Source of the DNA: an uncultured Candidatus Saccharibacteria bacterium
GTDB lineage: Bacteria > Patescibacteriota > Minisyncoccia > Minisyncoccales > RBG-13-42-11
Direction of reading: 5' to 3'
DNA length: 64,000 nt
NCBI GenBank assembly: GCA_964481125.1
Contig: CAYZSL010000003.1
Coordinates: 4,727 to 68,726, forward strand
The notes beneath the pieces were generated by a model that did no database searches, had not been told where the DNA came from, and worked only from the letters and a program-made list of their open reading frames with translations. Below are positions 61,271 to 64,000 of the stretch, one piece after another. Position 1 is the stretch's first letter. Each line of letters starts with the position of its first letter. A program made the translations under genes and the position numbers.

Positions 61271-62532
61271 ACCTTATTAAATTGCTTTAAAAATTTTACG
61301 ATTATTTTCGCTTCTTTCTCAGATATATTAATATGGGTCGGCAGATTCAAAACAATTTTAGACAATTTTTCAACCTGAGGACAAGAACCCAAGGCATACC
61401 CCACCTTTTCCAATCTGGTATCGTGTGGAGCAATAGGAGTCGTATACCAATCCCCTATTAAAAGGTTTTTCTGCCAGGCTGATTTAATAATCTCGTGCGC
61501 TTTTAAGTGTTTTATTGTAAACCTTAAAAAAGTTTGTTTTGAATCAACTGAATCCAAGGGTAATTCAAAGCCAGTATTCTTTAATTCATTATAGTAAAAA
61601 TCAGCAATTTCCCGGCGATGATTATTAAACTTCTCTAACTTTTTAAACTGATTTAAAGCAAGTACAGCCAAGGCATTAGGCATTCTTTTGGGAAAATAAC
61701 AGGGCCTTTTGCCCCTTTTCTCCTTCCAGTGGACAGCTTTTGATAAAACCCGAAGCCACTGAAATAAAACAAGTAGATATTTGCCGAATATTTTATAAGT
61801 CGGTAGAATCAGCCAGTTCATCAACACAGGATGCAATAATTGCTGAAAAGTCCAACAGCGAGAAGGATATCCGACTTTCTTTTGGAACTGCCTCAATCTT
61901 CTAGCCAATTCATCATCATCAGTTACAGCCATTCCGCCGTAAACGGAAGAAATAATCTTATCCCTGGAAAAACTGAAAAAAGCAGCTTTGCCAAAAGTAC
62001 CCACCTTCTTTCTTTTATAGTTTGCTCCCAAAGCATGAGCGCAATCTTCAATCAGAATTAAATTGTTTTTTTGGCAAACCTCCAAAACTTCATCCATGGC
62101 TGCTGGCAAACCGAAAGTATGCTGAACCATTACTGCCCTGCTTTGAGAACCAATCTTTTTCTGCAAATCAGCTGTATCAATATTAAAAGTTTTCTCGTCG
62201 CAATCCACGTAAATGGGCCTTAATCCCGACCAAATTACAGGATTGGAAGCTGCGTTGCAGGTAAAAGTCTGGAGCAAGACTTCATCATTTTTTTTCAATC
62301 CTAAAGATTCAAGAATAGCCATTAAAGCTGACCTTCCGCTGTTAAAAGAAACAGCATGTTTCACCCCAAGATATTTTTTAAACTCATCTTCCAGTTTTTG
62401 CGGCAAAGTGCCGGTAATCCGACACCAAGGCTGAAAAAGTAATTTAAAAGCCAGCCAAACATCGTCTTTCTCAACATTGGGCGACAAAGATATTGAAATT
62501 GGCTTAAAATATTGACAAAACTTGGAAAACAT
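61267..62532 (-). CDS. DegT/DnrJ/EryC1/StrS family PLP-dependent aminotransferase
   Basis: 421 aa. EDCAHALGA, FSFSRDKII (PLP Lys). Confidence 0.85.
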   Translation of the reverse strand: MFSKFCQYFKPISISLSPNVEKDDVWLAFKLLFQPWCRITGTLPQKLEDEFKKYLGVKHAVSFNSGRSALMAILESLGLKKNDEVLLQTFTCNAASNPVIWSGLRPIYVDCDEKTFNIDTADLQKKIGSQSRAVMVQHTFGLPAAMDEVLEVCQKNNLILIEDCAHALGANYKRKKVGTFGKAAFFSFSRDKIISSVYGGMAVTDDDELARRLRQFQKKVGYPSRCWTFQQLLHPVLMNWLILPTYKIFGKYLLVLFQWLRVLSKAVHWKEKRGKRPCYFPKRMPNALAVLALNQFKKLEKFNNHRREIADFYYNELKNTGFELPLDSVDSKQTFLRFTIKHLKAHEIIKSAWQKNLLIGDWYTTPIAPHDTRLEKVGYALGSCPQVEKLSKIVLNLPTHINISEKEAKIIVKFLKQFNKV

Positions 62533-62565
62533 ATTATGATAATTTATTAATTAAGGAGGAATAAA

Positions 62566-62760
62566 TTGGCAAATCAAGTAGTAGTTGAAGGATTTGTACT
62601 TTTAACCAAAGCTGTTTTAGAAAGCGATAAATACTTAGATGAGCCACTAGTAGAGATTACTCTTTGTGGAGTAACTTCCTATCGCAACAAAGCTTCTATC
62701 AGAGTGAAACTTGCTGATTTAGAAAAAGCTCTTAAAAAACTGAAAGGAGGAACTTGCTGA
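62566..62760 (+). CDS. small hypothetical protein
   Basis: 64 aa. TTG start 6 nt after the SD AAGGAGG. Confidence 0.4.
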   Translation: MANQVVVEGFVLLTKAVLESDKYLDEPLVEITLCGVTSYRNKASIRVKLADLEKALKKLKGGTC

Positions 62761-62934
62761 ATGAAAAATATTATTAGAGTTTTTCTGATATGTGTGGCTG
62801 CCTTACTCTTGTGTTTCAGTTTGCTCGGCGGAATATTACTGATGGCAGGCGAAATACCTTTTGATGGTAAGGTAGTTGGCTCTATCGTCATAATGCTTGC
62901 TTCAAGTCTGCTCTTTTATATTATCGCAACTTAA
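62761..62934 (+). CDS. 57-aa two-TM membrane protein (below the ORF-track cutoff)
   Basis: The ATG immediately follows the upstream TGA. SD AGGAGG. MKNIIRVFLICVAALLLCFSLLGGILLMAG..VVGSIVIMLASSLLFYIIAT. Confidence 0.4.
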   Translation: MKNIIRVFLICVAALLLCFSLLGGILLMAGEIPFDGKVVGSIVIMLASSLLFYIIAT

Positions 62935-62951
62935 AATAGATCATTCTATTT

Positions 62952-62987
62952 GTACCTTCGTCTCTAAGACGAAGGTACTTTCATTTT
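62952..62987 (+). terminator. rho-independent terminator (11-bp stem)
   Basis: GTACCTTCGTC-tctaa-GACGAAGGTAC followed by TTTCATTTT. Confidence 0.75.
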
Positions 62988-64000
62988 AATAAATTTATAA
63001 GTTGCTTTGGCACTCTACTTTGCAAAAGAATTACATCCCCTCCCCGACAAAAACTTTCAATCTTTTTAAAAATATCTTTGGCATCTGGAATAAACACTGC
63101 CTTATCCCCTGCTCCTTCTTTAATCTCCTTAAGTCTATCTTTGGTAGTAATGATGGCTAAATCGCAGACCTCGCCAATCTTCCGACCAATCCTCAAGTGC
63201 ACTTCTTTCGAAGCACGACCTAATTCAATCAAACAAGGCATGACAATCACTTTCTTGCCGGAAAAACTCTTTAGATATTCAAGATTCGCCATAACCCCGT
63301 CAGGATTAGCAGAATACGTGGAATCAATAACAGTCAAACCGTTAATTCCCTTTTTGATTTGGACGCCTGGAACCTTATCAACTTTTTCAACAAACCTGAA
63401 AATTTCATCTTCCGGTACTTCCAATTCACGAGCCACAGCCACAGCTCCCAGAATATTCTCCCCTCCAGCAAATTTCGCCTCCTGGCCGTACAAAAACTTC
63501 TTAATATTGGTTTTATCATAAAGCTCCAAACAATATTTATTCTTAGCATTAAAAAACGCTACACCGTCTTCTGGCAAGCTTTCAATCAGCTCGTATTTTC
63601 CTTTAATAATGTTTTCCTGAGAGCCGAAAGTAGCCATGTGCTGTTCGTTGATCCCGGTCAAAATCCCTATTTTCGGCATAGCAATATCGCACAATAACTT
63701 TATCCCTCCCTTATTATAAGCTCCCATTTCACAGATAAATATCTCGTGTTCGTCTTTCAAATCGTTTAAAATGCACTGGCTAATACCCACTTCAGAATTC
63801 TGGTGCTCTTTTGTTTTCAAAACTTTATATTTTAAAGACAAAATATCAGCCAAAAACTCCTTGGTCGAAGTTTTACCGAAGCTACCGGTAATACCAATAA
63901 CCAATAAATTAGCAAACCTCTTCCTTTTTTCTTTCGCTTTCTGAATAACCCTATTTCTCATTAAAACAGTAAAGGGCTGAAAGAGTAAAACGATCAAAGA
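62981..64000 (-). CDS. murF: UDP-N-acetylmuramoyl-tripeptide--D-alanyl-D-alanine ligase, C-terminal part (runs off the window)
   Basis: ORF open to the window end. GITGSFGKTSTKEF P-loop and the Mur ligase C-terminal domain. Confidence 0.85.
   Translation of the reverse strand, partial: SLIVLLFQPFTVLMRNRVIQKAKEKRKRFANLLVIGITGSFGKTSTKEFLADILSLKYKVLKTKEHQNSEVGISQCILNDLKDEHEIFICEMGAYNKGGIKLLCDIAMPKIGILTGINEQHMATFGSQENIIKGKYELIESLPEDGVAFFNAKNKYCLELYDKTNIKKFLYGQEAKFAGGENILGAVAVARELEVPEDEIFRFVEKVDKVPGVQIKKGINGLTVIDSTYSANPDGVMANLEYLKSFSGKKVIVMPCLIELGRASKEVHLRIGRKIGEVCDLAIITTKDRLKEIKEGAGDKAVFIPDAKDIFKKIESFCRGGDVILLQSRVPKQLINLLK

Noticed and set aside
1-64000. CRISPR arrays, rRNA genes, reverse transcriptase/DGR or retron elements, transposases
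   Set aside because: I scanned for regularly spaced direct repeats, rRNA-like conserved strings and RT (YxDD) or DDE motifs in the ORF translations and found none.
1-64000. Alternative genetic code (UGA as a sense codon, as in some CPR lineages)
   Set aside because: Many well-recognised genes end at TGA at the expected length (for example fic, the gene at 47276-47818, murF, uppS) and none needs read-through. Standard code 11 fits.

Overview
AT-rich bacterial window (GC not computed) with dense, short, often overlapping genes and standard stop-codon usage. The gene set looks like a Candidate Phyla Radiation / Patescibacteria (Parcubacteria-like) genome; that assignment is inference only. Layout: (1) 1-14 kb is an accessory island. 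It holds an HTH-GHKL ATPase + STAS-like pair, DgkA/PAP2, HTH-Fic, an AbiE toxin-antitoxin pair, a ~1200-aa cysteine-rich surface protein split by a frameshift, a RhuM-Doc fusion and an ATP-cone/nuclease fusion. (2) 14.6-16.2 kb has tandem PAS paralogs. (3) 16.2-22.7 kb is a co-directional redox / metal-cluster island: DsbD-like protein, DUF5320, two NifX-like proteins, GltB-FMN-like protein, ferredoxin, thioredoxin, FTR catalytic subunit, MinD-type Fe-S ATPase, CDF transporter with zinc-ribbon tail, DUF134 regulator. (4) 22.8-27 kb, minus strand, reads amrS-LigB-like-AMMECR1-hyp-fmt-efp. (5) 27-45 kb carries cell-wall genes (murC, DD-carboxypeptidase, mraY, PP-loop ATPase, murD, ftsW, murG) interspersed with aspS, gltX, a two-component pair and a TrmB-controlled acyl-ACP-reductase-like + acyl-CoA ligase operon. 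(6) 45.8-48.4 kb is a tyrosine-recombinase cassette bounded by inverted core sites, with a degenerate LAGLIDADG gene. (7) 49-64 kb has uppS, pyrG, rpmA, rplI, an S41 protease, hrcA-grpE-dnaK-dnaJ-tRNA-Lys with a CIRCE operator, ftsQ, FemAB, a DegT aminotransferase and partial murF. One tRNA was found. No rRNA or CRISPR array was found. All family assignments come from reading motifs in the translations; no searches were run.
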